A DNA stretch of 64,000 nucleotides from an uncultured delta proteobacterium (GTDB lineage: Bacteria > Desulfobacterota > Binatia > UBA9968): the NCBI GenBank assembly GCA_963771465.1, contig CAVYTU010000014.1, positions 704,001 to 768,000 of the forward strand, in the 5' to 3' direction. A model generated the notes under the pieces. The model ran no database searches. It worked only from the letters and a program-made list of their open reading frames with translations, and was not told the origin of the DNA. Each line of letters begins with the position of its first letter. The stretch's first letter is position 1. Positions 1 through 12,561 of the stretch are shown here, piece by piece. Position numbers and translations under genes: made by a program.

Positions 1-203
1 TTGGCGGGTTCGTTTTTACTCAAATGGGCCGCGTGCCATCGGTGGCGGAATCGTTCGATTGGCAGGGACTACGTTTCGAGATCGTCGACATGGATGGTAA
101 GCGCATCGACAAGGTCTTGGTTATGGCGAAGGAAGGCGTTAACCCAGAGAATGCGGCAAAGCCGCCACCGTCGGATCCGGATCGCGCCGCCGATGACCTT
201 TGA
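1..203 (+). CDS. Hemolysin/CNNM-CBS family protein, C-terminal transporter-associated (CorC_HlyC) domain; 5'-truncated
   Basis: Frame starting at position 3 reads GGFVFTQMGRVPSVAESFDWQGLRFEIVDMDGKRIDKVLV... to TGA at 201-203, typical of a CorC/HlyC C-terminal domain; not in the ORF track. Confidence 0.85.
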   Translation, partial: GGFVFTQMGRVPSVAESFDWQGLRFEIVDMDGKRIDKVLVMAKEGVNPENAAKPPPSDPDRAADDL

Positions 204-260
204 GACAATGGGATAATTCCGGCGGGCGATGTGGCGTTGCCGAATAATCGCATCGTCTGT

Positions 261-701
261 CTAAGTGCGGCGCAGCTCCGCTTGTAACGAAGCGTATAAG
301 GCATCGTAGAGAAAGGATGCCTTTTCGACTGTCTCCGCGTCATCTCGTGTAACCTGAGGAAAGCCGTGGGAGATCGCTCTGATTCCCGCCGATTCTTTGG
401 TTAGGTCGATCTCTTCAGGAAAGTCGGCGCCGCGCACGATGCGCGCGATCTGCTTGAGAACCGGATCGCCTGAACAGTATTCATCGACGAGCGCTTCAAA
501 GGAACAGCGTCCCTGATCATCTTTGTGCGGATACGTTGCCCCAGGGGCGTCGAAGCCTTTGGCGTTCTGCTCCCTTTGCACTTGTGCGACTTCGTCCGGC
601 TCGACGAATATAAATTCCGCTTGGGGATCGATGAACCGACGGATCAACCACGCCGTGGCGACACGGTTAACGCGGATCTGTTTTCGGGTAACCCACTTCA
701 T
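261..701 (-). CDS. Chromate resistance protein, ChrB C-terminal domain (ChrF-like)
   Basis: MKWVTR..VNRVATAWLIRRFIDPQAEFIFV and CSFEAL motifs; directly downstream of the chromate transporter. Confidence 0.85.
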   Translation of the reverse strand: MKWVTRKQIRVNRVATAWLIRRFIDPQAEFIFVEPDEVAQVQREQNAKGFDAPGATYPHKDDQGRCSFEALVDEYCSGDPVLKQIARIVRGADFPEEIDLTKESAGIRAISHGFPQVTRDDAETVEKASFLYDALYASLQAELRRT

Positions 702-711
702 TCAACAAACC

Positions 712-1875
712 TCAGTGAAAAATTGGATAAACTATTAAGCCGACCAGGCCGGCGATGGAAACGATAATAGGCTCAGGGATTTTGTAGCGCCAGAGAATCG
801 CCAGGCTAACGAGTGCGATCGCCGCCGTCGGCAAGTCGACGATCGCGCGCGTGGTCAAGACCAACACCGCACCGGTAATGGCGCCTGTGGCGGCGGCGGT
901 GGCGCCGTCGACAAATGACTTCAGCTGGGGGTTATCGCGGTGGCGTTTGAACCACGGCGCGGGAACGATGGTAAAAATATAAACCGGCAGGAAGATGCCG
1001 ATGGAAGCCATGACCGCCCCGCCTAATCCTGCGACGAGAAAGCCGATGAAGGCAACGGTGATGACGACTGGTCCCGGCGTGATCATCGCCACGGCGACGG
1101 CGTCGAGAAACTGATGATCGTTCAGCCAACCGAATTGCTGAACAACTCCTTGCTGCAAGAATGGAATGATCGCCAGGCCGCTGCCAAAAACAAAAGCGCC
1201 GGCTTTGGTGAAGAATAAAAGAATTTGTACCAACACGTTGCCGGAATCGGCTGCCGTACCGGTTTGACGCAGCCACGCTTCGAGCGCCCAAATGATAAAA
1301 CCCGCGGCTATGCCACCTAGCGCCATCAGAATGGCGGGTTTCAACCCCGGCCAGGCACGCACTAAAAGTGCGACAACGCCGGCGAGAATAAAAAATTCCG
1401 CTAGCTCAGCCTGAGCCCACAACGTGACCCCGGTGAGCGCGATGAAGATGGCCCAGAGTAGCGGATCGCGTTTGTTGGTGCTACGCGCGAGCTTGTAAGC
1501 GGCGATGGCGATGATCGCGATGACCGTCGCGCCGATGGCGTAGAACAGCGCCTGCATCCACCACAGCCCGCCGTAGGCGATGTAGACCAGCGAGATGCCG
1601 ACCACCATTAGAAACGACGGCAGCACGAACGCCAGTCCAGCTACGGTCGCGCCCGCGACTCCAGCTTCGAAATAGCCGATGGCGATGGCGACTTGCGCGG
1701 CCAGCGGGCCGGGCATGATCTGCGCCAGCGCCAGGGATAATTTATAAGTGTCTTCGGAAATGCATGCGCGTTTCTCAACCAGGTCGCGATGCATGAAGCC
1801 GACCAACGCTACTGGGCCGCCGAAGCCAAAGGCGCCGAGGTAGAGAAAGTAGCGAATGAGTTCGGTCAAAGACAT
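712..1875 (-). CDS. chrA: Chromate efflux transporter (long-chain CHR)
   Basis: Two CHR repeats (GFGGP..AQIMPGP; FGSG..AMITPGP); start placed at ATG 1875. Confidence 0.92.
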   Translation of the reverse strand: MSLTELIRYFLYLGAFGFGGPVALVGFMHRDLVEKRACISEDTYKLSLALAQIMPGPLAAQVAIAIGYFEAGVAGATVAGLAFVLPSFLMVVGISLVYIAYGGLWWMQALFYAIGATVIAIIAIAAYKLARSTNKRDPLLWAIFIALTGVTLWAQAELAEFFILAGVVALLVRAWPGLKPAILMALGGIAAGFIIWALEAWLRQTGTAADSGNVLVQILLFFTKAGAFVFGSGLAIIPFLQQGVVQQFGWLNDHQFLDAVAVAMITPGPVVITVAFIGFLVAGLGGAVMASIGIFLPVYIFTIVPAPWFKRHRDNPQLKSFVDGATAAATGAITGAVLVLTTRAIVDLPTAAIALVSLAILWRYKIPEPIIVSIAGLVGLIVYPIFH

Positions 1876-1971
1876 GGCCTCGGCTAGTAGCACAAGCCGG
1901 CTGGACAAAACCAGAGGCGGGTGGAAGTATCACGGCGAATTCGATATAGAAATTTTTAGGAGAATCGAAGC

Positions 1972-2961
1972 ATGCTAAAAGTCATCCCAGTTGAAGAAGC
2001 CGTTGGATTACCACTGGCGCACGACATTACTGAGATCATTCCGGGAAAACACAAGGGACCGGCTTTTCGCCGCGGCCATATTATTCGGCCCGAAGATGTC
2101 TCGAAACTATTGGATGTCGGCAAGGCCAATATTTACGTCATGAATCTGGAGCAAGACGAGCTGCACGAAGAGGATGCCGCGCGCCGGCTGGCCACAGCGG
2201 CGGCGGGCGAGAACCTACGACTGACCGATCCAAGCGAAGGTCGAGTCAATCTGGTGGCAACCATTTCCGGATTACTCAAAGTCGACGTCGATTTGCTTTA
2301 CCGTTTCAATTCCCTCGGCGATCTCATGTTGGCGACCTTGCCAGGCGACCGCTACGTTAAGGAAGGCACCGTGGTCGCCGGCACGCGGACGATCCCGGTC
2401 GTCGTCAAAGAAGAATTGATTCAGAAGGCCGAGGCGCTATGTAAGGGCAGACCGATCGCAACGATTTTACCCATGCCAGCCAAGAGAGTTCATCTGGTCG
2501 TCACCGGCAGCGAAGTGTTTACCGGCAGAATCAAAGACGGCTTCGGTCCGGTGGTGACCAGGAAAGTTAGCGAGTTGGGATCGAGCGTCGAGTCGGTGAA
2601 GGTAGGGCCGGACGATCCGGATGTCATTGGCCGATTGATTAAGGACGCCAAGCAAGCGGGCGCTGACGTAATTCTCGTTAGCGGCGGTATGTCGGTCGAT
2701 CCGGATGACAAGACGCCGGAGGGAATTCGGCGCAGCGGCGCGATGGTGGAGACCCATGGATTTCCAATTTTGCCCGGCTCGATGTTTTTGATGGCTTATC
2801 TGGGCGAAACGCCGGTGATGGGATTGTCTGGCTGCGTGCTGCACGATCCGTTTACCGCATTCGATGCGCTCTTGCCGCGCATGCTTGCCGGCGAAAAGAT
2901 CAGCCGCGCCGATATCATGAAGATGGGGCATGGCGGTCTGGCGAAGAAACACGACCATTGA
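1972..2961 (+). CDS. Molybdopterin-binding protein (MoeA-like)
   Basis: EEAVGLPLAHDITEI N-terminus, TGSE and SGGMSVDPDD motifs; AGGAG RBS. Confidence 0.85.
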   Translation: MLKVIPVEEAVGLPLAHDITEIIPGKHKGPAFRRGHIIRPEDVSKLLDVGKANIYVMNLEQDELHEEDAARRLATAAAGENLRLTDPSEGRVNLVATISGLLKVDVDLLYRFNSLGDLMLATLPGDRYVKEGTVVAGTRTIPVVVKEELIQKAEALCKGRPIATILPMPAKRVHLVVTGSEVFTGRIKDGFGPVVTRKVSELGSSVESVKVGPDDPDVIGRLIKDAKQAGADVILVSGGMSVDPDDKTPEGIRRSGAMVETHGFPILPGSMFLMAYLGETPVMGLSGCVLHDPFTAFDALLPRMLAGEKISRADIMKMGHGGLAKKHDH

Positions 2962-2965
2962 AGAA

Positions 2966-3017
2966 AATGGAGAATTGAGAATGGAGATTTGATAATTTCA
3001 ATCCTTCATTCTCCGTT
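2966..3017. repeat. Intergenic heptamer tandem repeat with inverted copies (hairpin)
   Basis: AATGGAG-AATTGAG-AATGGAG-ATTTGAT followed by TTCAATC-CTTCATT-CTCCGTT. Confidence 0.7.
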
Positions 3018-3035
3018 GAAAAACTCGAGGTGCAT

Positions 3036-3686
3036 ATGGACGTATTACGAACTTTGAAAGAGCGCTGCAATCCGAAGAATGGCGCGCTGGTTGTGGTCGA
3101 CGTGCAAAACGATTTCGTCAGTCCCGACGGCAGCGCCGGCAAACGTGGTGACGATTGTAGCGCGGCGCTGGCGATGGTGCCGAATTTGCTGCGCTTGATC
3201 GACGAGGCGAGGCGGATTGGCCTGACCATCGTTTACATTCGCACCACCCACAGCGAGTGGACCGACACGCCGTCGTGGATTTATCGCAGCACACAGAAGA
3301 GCGGGCTCAGCACTTGCCGAGAGGGAACTTGGGGCGCGGAATTCTATGAAGGAATTTCGCCTTTGCCATCTGAGCGGGTGGTGATCAAACACCGCTACAG
3401 CGCATTCATCAACACCGATCTCAACACCGTGCTCAAAGCGCGTAATATTCAGAGCGTGCTGGTGTGCGGTGTGGCGACCAATGTTTGTGTCGAGACCACG
3501 GCTCGGGACGCGTATATGTATGATTACTACGTTACGATGATCGACGATTGCTCGGCGGCCTACGAGGCGAAACTGCATCTAGGCACATTGGACAATATGC
3601 GGCGCCATTTCGGCTTGGTAGCTTCGTCGAGTGAGATTATTGACACCTGGCGCGATTTACCGGCGAAACAAGCGGCGGGTTTGTAA
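3036..3686 (+). CDS. Isochorismatase-family cysteine hydrolase
   Basis: VVDVQNDF, KHRYSAF and GVATNVCVETT give the D/K/C catalytic triad; GAGG RBS before ATG 3036. Confidence 0.9.
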   Translation: MDVLRTLKERCNPKNGALVVVDVQNDFVSPDGSAGKRGDDCSAALAMVPNLLRLIDEARRIGLTIVYIRTTHSEWTDTPSWIYRSTQKSGLSTCREGTWGAEFYEGISPLPSERVVIKHRYSAFINTDLNTVLKARNIQSVLVCGVATNVCVETTARDAYMYDYYVTMIDDCSAAYEAKLHLGTLDNMRRHFGLVASSSEIIDTWRDLPAKQAAGL

Positions 3687-3712
3687 CTTCTATTTAAAAG
3701 TTCAAGAGATTT

Positions 3713-3751
3713 AAAAAAATAGGCCCGGTAGGATTCCTACCGGGCCTATTT
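3713..3751 (-). terminator. Rho-independent terminator between convergent genes
   Basis: AAATAGGCCCGGTAGG-att-CCTACCGGGCCTATTT stem with an A-run on the left (U-tract on the minus strand). Confidence 0.85.
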
Positions 3752-3775
3752 CCGTTCAAGGGTCTGGGAGCAGAT

Positions 3776-4804
3776 TTACTTCATCATATCCGCGTTAATT
3801 CTTTCCAATGCTTCGAGCGGTGGCTGCAGGTCGGCCTGGCCGAGCTCCGAAAGCGGGATGTCGCAGAGATTTAGTTCTTCGGCGAACTCTTTGCGGTTTG
3901 GGTTGTAATAAATTAGCCCCGTCAGAAATTTTCCTTCGGCGATGGAGCCGTGAATCGCTTGGATCGCGGCGGCTTTGTTGGTCGGGTCGTAACCCTTGCC
4001 AAGCTTGTGCAGGATAATGCGAGAGCCGTCATGCATTTCCACTTCGTGGTCGGTGCCCTCGTCATAGTCCGCTTCGATATTCTCGTAGGGCGGGATGAAG
4101 TCGAGATCGTGAATCGGGTCGAGATGGCCTTTGACGTATTTCAAACTTTTCGTCGAGCCTTCGTGGTTGTTGAACGTCACGCACGGGCTGATGACGTCGA
4201 GAATCGCGCTGCCTTTGTGCGCCAGCGCACCCTGCACCAGCGGCGTGAGCTGCTTGCGGTCGCCGGAAAAGCTCCGCGCGATATAAGTGGCTCCGAGAGT
4301 GATCGCCAATTCCGCCAAGTCGATGGCCGGGATGTCGTTAACCTTGCCGCCTTTCATCACTGACCCGACATCGGCGGTGGCGGAGAATTGACCTTTGGTC
4401 AGACCATAGACGCCGTTGTTCTCGATGATGTAGGTGATGTTCACGTTGCGCCGCATCATGTGACAGAAGTTGCCCAGCCCTATCGCCGAAGTGTCGCCGT
4501 CGCCGGAGACGCCGATCGGCAGCAACGTGTGGTTCGCCAAGTTCGCGCCGGTCGCGACTGCCGACATTCTGCCGTGCACAGCGTTGAAACCGAATGATTG
4601 GCTCAAAAAATAAGCCGGCGTTTTCGATGAACAGCCGATGCCGCTCAACTTGACGACTTTGCGCGGGTCAACGCTGCTTTCGTAATAAGCGCGCTGCACG
4701 GAGGCGGAAATCGCGTCGTGACCGCAGCCTTTGCACATGGTCGACGCTGCGCCGTCATAATCTTTCTCGGTTAAATTAAGCTTGTTGAGTTTTGCTTCTG
4801 CCAT
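3776..4804 (-). CDS. korB: 2-oxoacid:ferredoxin oxidoreductase beta subunit
   Basis: CKGCGH, SGIGCS, GDGD..N TPP-binding motif, SPCVTFN. Confidence 0.9.
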   Translation of the reverse strand: MAEAKLNKLNLTEKDYDGAASTMCKGCGHDAISASVQRAYYESSVDPRKVVKLSGIGCSSKTPAYFLSQSFGFNAVHGRMSAVATGANLANHTLLPIGVSGDGDTSAIGLGNFCHMMRRNVNITYIIENNGVYGLTKGQFSATADVGSVMKGGKVNDIPAIDLAELAITLGATYIARSFSGDRKQLTPLVQGALAHKGSAILDVISPCVTFNNHEGSTKSLKYVKGHLDPIHDLDFIPPYENIEADYDEGTDHEVEMHDGSRIILHKLGKGYDPTNKAAAIQAIHGSIAEGKFLTGLIYYNPNRKEFAEELNLCDIPLSELGQADLQPPLEALERINADMMK

Positions 4805-4819
4805 GTTTTTGTCCTGTCC

Positions 4820-6640
4820 TTACGCAGTTTTTGCCGACTGTGCTGCAGCGAATATCTGGTTAACGACTTCAAGCGGTGTCGCGGGTAGGCCGTTGTAAAT
4901 TAACACGCTAACGATTTTCGCTCCCAACTCCGGCGATTCATCCTTTATAATCGCAGCCATCTGACCGTCGCGATTTTGCTCCACGAGATAAATGGTATCG
5001 TGCTCCGCAAGGAATTCCATAACCTCGCTTGTGAGTGGTAGGGCGCGAATAAGCATATGATTGGTTTTTAAGCCGCGCGCCTTCAAACGATCGCGCGCTT
5101 CGCGCACCGGCTCGTAGCTGGAACCGTAGCAGATGATGCCCGTTTTAACACCGCGCTCTTTTTCGATGATCGGCTTGGGCACAAACTTGCGAGCGGTTTC
5201 GAATTTCTTGCGCAGCCGATCGAGGATGTATTTATAGTCGTGCTCGTCTTCGGAGTAACGCGCGTCGGCATCGTGGCCGGAGCCGCGGGTAAAGTAGGAA
5301 GCCATTCTATTTTGATTGCCCGGCACGGTGCGATACGGGATGCCGTCGCCGTCTTGGTCGAAGTAGCGGCGGAATTTTTTGCCAGCCTTGGTCCATTCCT
5401 CCAAATCTTGAGCGCTCAGCCGTTTTCCCTGATCGTACGGATCCTGATTCAGTTTGAGCGGGTCTGACGACCACATGTTCATGCCGAGGTCGAGATCCAT
5501 CGCGACAAACACTGGAGTTTGAAATCGGTCGGCATAGTTAAAACTTTGACGCGCGATGTCGAAACAAGAATTCATGTCATGGGGAATCAAGATAATGTGA
5601 CGGGTGTCGCCATGTGAGGCGTTGTACATGAGCGAGATATCGGACTGTTGGGTTCTGGTTGGCAAACCGGTCGATGGACCGCCGCGTTGAATGATGAAAA
5701 ACACACAGGGAATCTCGGCGAAGTAGGCGAGACCGATGGACTCGTTCATCAATGAAACACCGGGTCCTGAAGTTGAGGTCATCGCTCGTGCGCCGGTCCA
5801 TCCCGCGCCGACAATCATGCCGGCCGAGGCGATTTCATCCTCCGCTTGGACGATGGCATATGTTTTCTTGCCTTCGATCGGTTTACGCAAGCGTGGTAAA
5901 TAGTACTCCATCGATTCGGCCAGCGAGCTCGACGGCGTGATCGGATACCAGCAGATAACCGAAGCGCCGCCGTAAATCGCGCCGAGAGCGGCGGCGGTGT
6001 TGCCTTCGGTGATGATTTTGCCCTTATTGCCGTCAGGGATAGCTTCGAGGCGGGCGATGTTCTGCTTGACACCTTGGTCTTTTAAATACTGATAGCCCGC
6101 GTCGATACAAACGAGGTTCGATTCGATGACCGCTGGCTTTTTGCCGAAAGTATCCTCAAGAACCGCTTTGATAACCGCCATGTCGATGCCGAACAGATAG
6201 GCCAAAGCACCGACATAGACCATATTGCGCTGCTTGGCGCGAAGTGGTGAAGCTGGGACGAGCTTGGCTACCAATTTGTTGGCCGGAAAACCGACATACT
6301 GGACGCCGTCGCGCTTCAGACTCGCCTGCAGTGGCGTGGAATCGTCGTAAAGAATAATACCGCCGTCACGGACGCGGTAGATGTCCTTGGACATGGTGGC
6401 GTCGTTGAACATGACCATGACGTCGATGACATCTTTGCGGCTTAGGTAGCCCTCGGCCGAGGCGCGTATTTGATACCACGTCGGCAACCCCTGGATGTTT
6501 GACGGGAACATGTTCTTCGACGAGCAGGGAATGCCCATCTTAAAGATCGCTTTGAAGAGAATATTGTTCGAAGAGGCGCTGCCCGAGCCATTCTCCGTGG
6601 CGACGCAGATGTTTAAGTCATTGATTAGCGGTGTATCCAA
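4820..6640 (-). CDS. korA: 2-oxoacid:acceptor oxidoreductase alpha (fused gamma-alpha) subunit
   Basis: YPITPSS, QAEDE, TSGPG and QRGGPSTGLPT motifs; TTG start at 6640 preceded by AAGGAGG. Confidence 0.9.
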   Translation of the reverse strand: MDTPLINDLNICVATENGSGSASSNNILFKAIFKMGIPCSSKNMFPSNIQGLPTWYQIRASAEGYLSRKDVIDVMVMFNDATMSKDIYRVRDGGIILYDDSTPLQASLKRDGVQYVGFPANKLVAKLVPASPLRAKQRNMVYVGALAYLFGIDMAVIKAVLEDTFGKKPAVIESNLVCIDAGYQYLKDQGVKQNIARLEAIPDGNKGKIITEGNTAAALGAIYGGASVICWYPITPSSSLAESMEYYLPRLRKPIEGKKTYAIVQAEDEIASAGMIVGAGWTGARAMTSTSGPGVSLMNESIGLAYFAEIPCVFFIIQRGGPSTGLPTRTQQSDISLMYNASHGDTRHIILIPHDMNSCFDIARQSFNYADRFQTPVFVAMDLDLGMNMWSSDPLKLNQDPYDQGKRLSAQDLEEWTKAGKKFRRYFDQDGDGIPYRTVPGNQNRMASYFTRGSGHDADARYSEDEHDYKYILDRLRKKFETARKFVPKPIIEKERGVKTGIICYGSSYEPVREARDRLKARGLKTNHMLIRALPLTSEVMEFLAEHDTIYLVEQNRDGQMAAIIKDESPELGAKIVSVLIYNGLPATPLEVVNQIFAAAQSAKTA

Positions 6641-6716
6641 AATGCGACCTCCTTGCAGCTTATGGCAACGCTGCAATTCTAACATGTACCCCTAAAAAGA
6701 CAACGCTTTCTGGCCA

Positions 6717-7577
6717 CTAGCCCGGCGTGTATTGGTCTTCCGTATCGAGAAAATCAGCGACTTCCTGCCAGCTGCGGCGCACCTGTTCATCGATATTAAA
6801 TGCGCGCGCATACTGAAGAATCTCTGGCATGGCGACCAGGCCGAGCAATTTACCCTGGTCGCCGCTCACCGGCATGTTGCGAATGTCGCGGCGATACATC
6901 TCTGCCAATACGTCGCCGACCAAGGCTGAGCGCGGCATCGCTATCAGCGGCGCGGTCATCACCTGTTCAATGGGGATTGTTGTCAGATTCATTTCCTTGG
7001 TTGCAACGCGCTTGAGAACGTCGCGCTCGGTAAAGATGCCCACCGGTTGATCCTGAGCGGTGACGACAACCGCGCCACTGCTGTGCTTGATCATTAAAGC
7101 AATGGTTTCGTGAACGCTGGCTGCACCTTCCACCGAAATAATCGAGCTCAGGGCGATATCGCCTAAAGTTCGAGTCTCACTCATACCTTGGCCAAGTTCC
7201 ACTGCAACGTTGAGGATGCGCCGCATGGAGACGATGCCAATGATCTTGCCGCGCCGGCCGCGCACCAACAGGTGGCGGTATTTGCTGCGATACATTCGAC
7301 TGAATGCGTCGATAATGTGGGTTTCCTCGCGCACGGCACGGACCGGGGATGTCATCACGGACTTGATATCGGTTTTTCGGATATCGAGATTGGCATTGAC
7401 CACCCGGCGTAAGACATCTTTTTCGGTGAATATACCGACCGGCACATCATCGTCGGTGATCATGATACGACCGACGTCTTCGGCCACCATTTTTTCTATG
7501 ACTTCGAAGATCGACGCCGTTATCGCTGCTTGGGTGAGATTGGTGGTCATGATCTCACTCACCTTATTGGATAGCAT
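6717..7577 (-). CDS. Tandem CBS-domain protein (four CBS motifs)
   Basis: Repeated PVGIFTEKD/PVGIFTERD and VMTSP/VMTAP; AGGAGG RBS before ATG 7577. Confidence 0.88.
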   Translation of the reverse strand: MLSNKVSEIMTTNLTQAAITASIFEVIEKMVAEDVGRIMITDDDVPVGIFTEKDVLRRVVNANLDIRKTDIKSVMTSPVRAVREETHIIDAFSRMYRSKYRHLLVRGRRGKIIGIVSMRRILNVAVELGQGMSETRTLGDIALSSIISVEGAASVHETIALMIKHSSGAVVVTAQDQPVGIFTERDVLKRVATKEMNLTTIPIEQVMTAPLIAMPRSALVGDVLAEMYRRDIRNMPVSGDQGKLLGLVAMPEILQYARAFNIDEQVRRSWQEVADFLDTEDQYTPG

Positions 7578-7767
7578 AGGACACCTCCTAAGATTGGTCG
7601 TAAAATTGAAAGATCGGCAATCTGATCGTATGATTGCCTGCAATATAGCACTTATCAAGTATTTCGAGACAATCCAGTTGGTCAAATAAATCGCTGGACC
7701 CAAGGATTGCGACCCGGCGCGCAGCCATGTTAGATTTGGTTTCGTTGAAGGAAGGTAAGGCCCGGTT

Positions 7768-8082
7768 ATGAGCCGAAGGGAAACGGAATCCGAGCATGGG
7801 CTGGTCACCGAGACCAAGAAGAAGGTAAAACGGCCGCCGCTGTATAAAGTTCTCCTCCATAACGACGATTACACTACTAAAGAGTTTGTCGTCCAGGTCT
7901 TACAGTACGTTTTCCACAAAGAGCAGACCGAAGCGGTGCAGATTATGCTCCATGTGCACAAGAAGGGGATTGGCGTTGCCGGCGTCTATACTTATGAAAT
8001 CGCCGAGACCAAAGTGGAGCTGGTTGAGAACCTGGCGCGCCAGCATGAATATCCACTGAAATGCACGATGGAAGAGGCTTAA
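7768..8082 (+). CDS. clpS: ATP-dependent Clp protease adaptor
   Basis: PPLYKVLLHNDDYT..EFVV, YPLKCTMEE. Confidence 0.96.
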   Translation: MSRRETESEHGLVTETKKKVKRPPLYKVLLHNDDYTTKEFVVQVLQYVFHKEQTEAVQIMLHVHKKGIGVAGVYTYEIAETKVELVENLARQHEYPLKCTMEEA

Positions 8083-8083
8083 G

Positions 8084-10360
<2,277 letters not shown>

Positions 10361-10409
10361 GCCGATTTCTTCGCTACCAATCTGCCAGCCGGTTCTTCCG
10401 CCGCTGTGA

Positions 10410-11672
10410 ATGGAACAGCTGATCCTAACGCTTTTTCTCGCGCTCTTCACGCTCGAGTTCCTCATTGAGTTTGGCCTCAACGAACTCAACCTCCGTCATG
10501 TGCGCGCCTGCTGGGATACCAAAAAGTTGCCGAAAATTTTTACCGGCAAAATAACCGCCGACGAATATGACAAGTCGGTTCAATACACACTGGCCAAAGG
10601 GCGCTTTCAACGTTGGAGCACGGTTTACGATCGGCTGATCACTCTGGTGATTCTCTTTGCCATGCTGGCAGCGCTCGATCGATTCGCTGGCAACCTCGCA
10701 CAGTCGTTTCCCTTGCGAGGATACAGCCAGGGAATTATTTTCTGCCTTACCGTGGGTTTGGTTTTTATCACGACTAGCCTACCGACCGATCTTTATTCGA
10801 CCTTCGGTCTCGAAGCCAAGTTTGGTTTCAATAAAACAACGGTGGGGCTTTTTGTCGCCGACAAGCTCAAAGCGCTGATTCTTGGTTTGCTGATCGGCGT
10901 GCCCTTTCTATTCGTCGTGCTCTGGCTCATGCAAGCAACGGGCGATTACTGGTGGCTTTGGGCGGTCGCCTTTATCTCTGCTTTCCAGCTTTTGATGATC
11001 GTGATTTTTCCGACCTTCATCGCGCCATGGTTCAACAAGTTCGAACCGCTCAAAGAAGGCGAGTTTCGCGAGCGCATTTTGGCCCTCGCCAACCAGATCG
11101 GGTTTACCACCAGCGGTATTTTCACGATGGACGGTTCGAAACGCTCGGCTCATTCCAACGCTTATTTCACCGGCATCGGCAAAGCCAAAAGGATCGTGCT
11201 GTTCGATACCTTGATTGAGCAGATGACGATGGCTCAGGGGCTGGCCGTGCTGGCGCACGAAATGGGTCACTACAAGATGAAACATATTCGGCGCATGCTG
11301 GCCGTGCAGACGATTTTTCTGTTCATTGGGCTTTACCTTTTAAGTGTGCTATTGCAAGCGCCGCTGTTTTTTAGCGCCTTCGGTGTGACGCCTGCCAATC
11401 ACACTGCGCTGGTGCTTTTTAGCCTTGTGTCGGGCCCTGCGACGTTTTATCTCGGCCCGTTGATGAATCGCTTGTCCCGCAAGCATGAGTATGAAGCCGA
11501 CCGCTTCGCGGCGATTACTTTACGGGACGGCACGCCGATGGAAGAAGCTCTGGTTAATCTGACGGTGAAGAATTTATCCAATTTGAACCCGCACCCTTGG
11601 TATTCCGCCTACCATTATTCACACCCGACGGCGGTGGAACGCATCAGTGCAATCCGTCAGGCGACCGCCTGA
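10410..11672 (+). CDS. M48 family zinc metalloprotease (Ste24-like)
   Basis: SKRSAHSNAYFTG, AHEMGH, EYEAD and SHP..ERI motifs; multiple TM helices. Confidence 0.92.
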   Translation: MEQLILTLFLALFTLEFLIEFGLNELNLRHVRACWDTKKLPKIFTGKITADEYDKSVQYTLAKGRFQRWSTVYDRLITLVILFAMLAALDRFAGNLAQSFPLRGYSQGIIFCLTVGLVFITTSLPTDLYSTFGLEAKFGFNKTTVGLFVADKLKALILGLLIGVPFLFVVLWLMQATGDYWWLWAVAFISAFQLLMIVIFPTFIAPWFNKFEPLKEGEFRERILALANQIGFTTSGIFTMDGSKRSAHSNAYFTGIGKAKRIVLFDTLIEQMTMAQGLAVLAHEMGHYKMKHIRRMLAVQTIFLFIGLYLLSVLLQAPLFFSAFGVTPANHTALVLFSLVSGPATFYLGPLMNRLSRKHEYEADRFAAITLRDGTPMEEALVNLTVKNLSNLNPHPWYSAYHYSHPTAVERISAIRQATA

Positions 11673-11719
11673 CGTGAAATTTTTAAGACGAAGATTTTGG
11701 GAATCGAATAGAAAAGAAA

Positions 11720-11796
11720 TGGTCGGGGCGAGTGGATTTGAACCACCGACTTCACGGTCCCGAACCGTGCGCTCTACCAAGCTGAGCCACGCCCCG
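11720..11796 (-). tRNA. tRNA-Pro (anticodon CGG)
   Basis: Reverse complement CGGGGCGTGGCTCAGCTTGGTAGAGCGCACGGTTCGGGACCGTGAAGTCGGTGGTTCAAATCCACTCGCCCCGACCA folds as a cloverleaf with encoded CCA. Confidence 0.97.
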
Positions 11797-11895
11797 ATTG
11801 GGTCAAACTAACACACCGCGATGAGAAAACAACTGCTTCGCGAAGCGAGGCGGTTCAGATTACAAATTCCAAATTACAGATCGGGGTCGGAGGGG

Positions 11896-12561
11896 TTAGG
11901 CTTGGGCCACCGCCTGGCGCATTTGCCGGATCGTATCGGCGTAATGGGGTGTTTTGAAGATTCCAGACCCTGAGACAATCACTTCACCGCCGGCTTGAAC
12001 GACGCGGGCGATATTGTCGGTTTTAATCCCGCCGTCGACCTCGATAAGAATCGGCAAGCGGAGTTGATCGATGTGTTTTCTCATTTCAGTGATTTTCGGC
12101 AAGACATCCGGGATAAACGCTTGACCGCCGAAACCAGGGAAGACCGTCATCATGAGCACCATGTCGATGTCTGCAAAGCAACTCGCAACTTTGCTGAGGG
12201 GTACGTTGGGATTGACCGCCACTGAAGTTTTCGCGCCGAGCTCATGAATCTTTTTCAGCGTGGCATTGGGGTTGGCGCAAGTGTCTGGATGGATGGAAAT
12301 CCAGTCGGCGCCGGCTTTGATAAATTCCGGCGCGTATTTGTCGGGATCGGTAATCATCAGATGGACGTCGACCGGGATCGTCGTCACTTTACGAACCCAT
12401 TCGACCACCACGGGTCCGATGGTGAGGTTGGGCACAAAATGGCCGTCCATGACGTCGACATGGAGCCAGTCGGCGCCGGCGGCTTCGACCGCCTGAATTT
12501 CGTCCTTGAGGCGGCTAAAATCGGCCGATAGAATCGACGGGGCGATTTTCAGCGCTGGCAT
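11896..12561 (-). CDS. rpe: Ribulose-phosphate 3-epimerase
   Basis: IAPSILSADF, HVDVMDGHFVPN, EVDGG. Confidence 0.97.
   Translation of the reverse strand: MPALKIAPSILSADFSRLKDEIQAVEAAGADWLHVDVMDGHFVPNLTIGPVVVEWVRKVTTIPVDVHLMITDPDKYAPEFIKAGADWISIHPDTCANPNATLKKIHELGAKTSVAVNPNVPLSKVASCFADIDMVLMMTVFPGFGGQAFIPDVLPKITEMRKHIDQLRLPILIEVDGGIKTDNIARVVQAGGEVIVSGSGIFKTPHYADTIRQMRQAVAQA

Noticed and set aside
7578-7817. N-terminal extension of the CBS ORF overlapping clpS
   Set aside because: A strong AGGAGG RBS supports ATG 7577; the extension is a longest-ORF artefact. The same applies to the extensions of rsmB, aroK, ORF 26583-27506 and ORF 32006-33430.
11700-11900. tRNA-Pro as an integration site
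   Set aside because: No integrase and no duplicated tRNA 3' end seen in the window.
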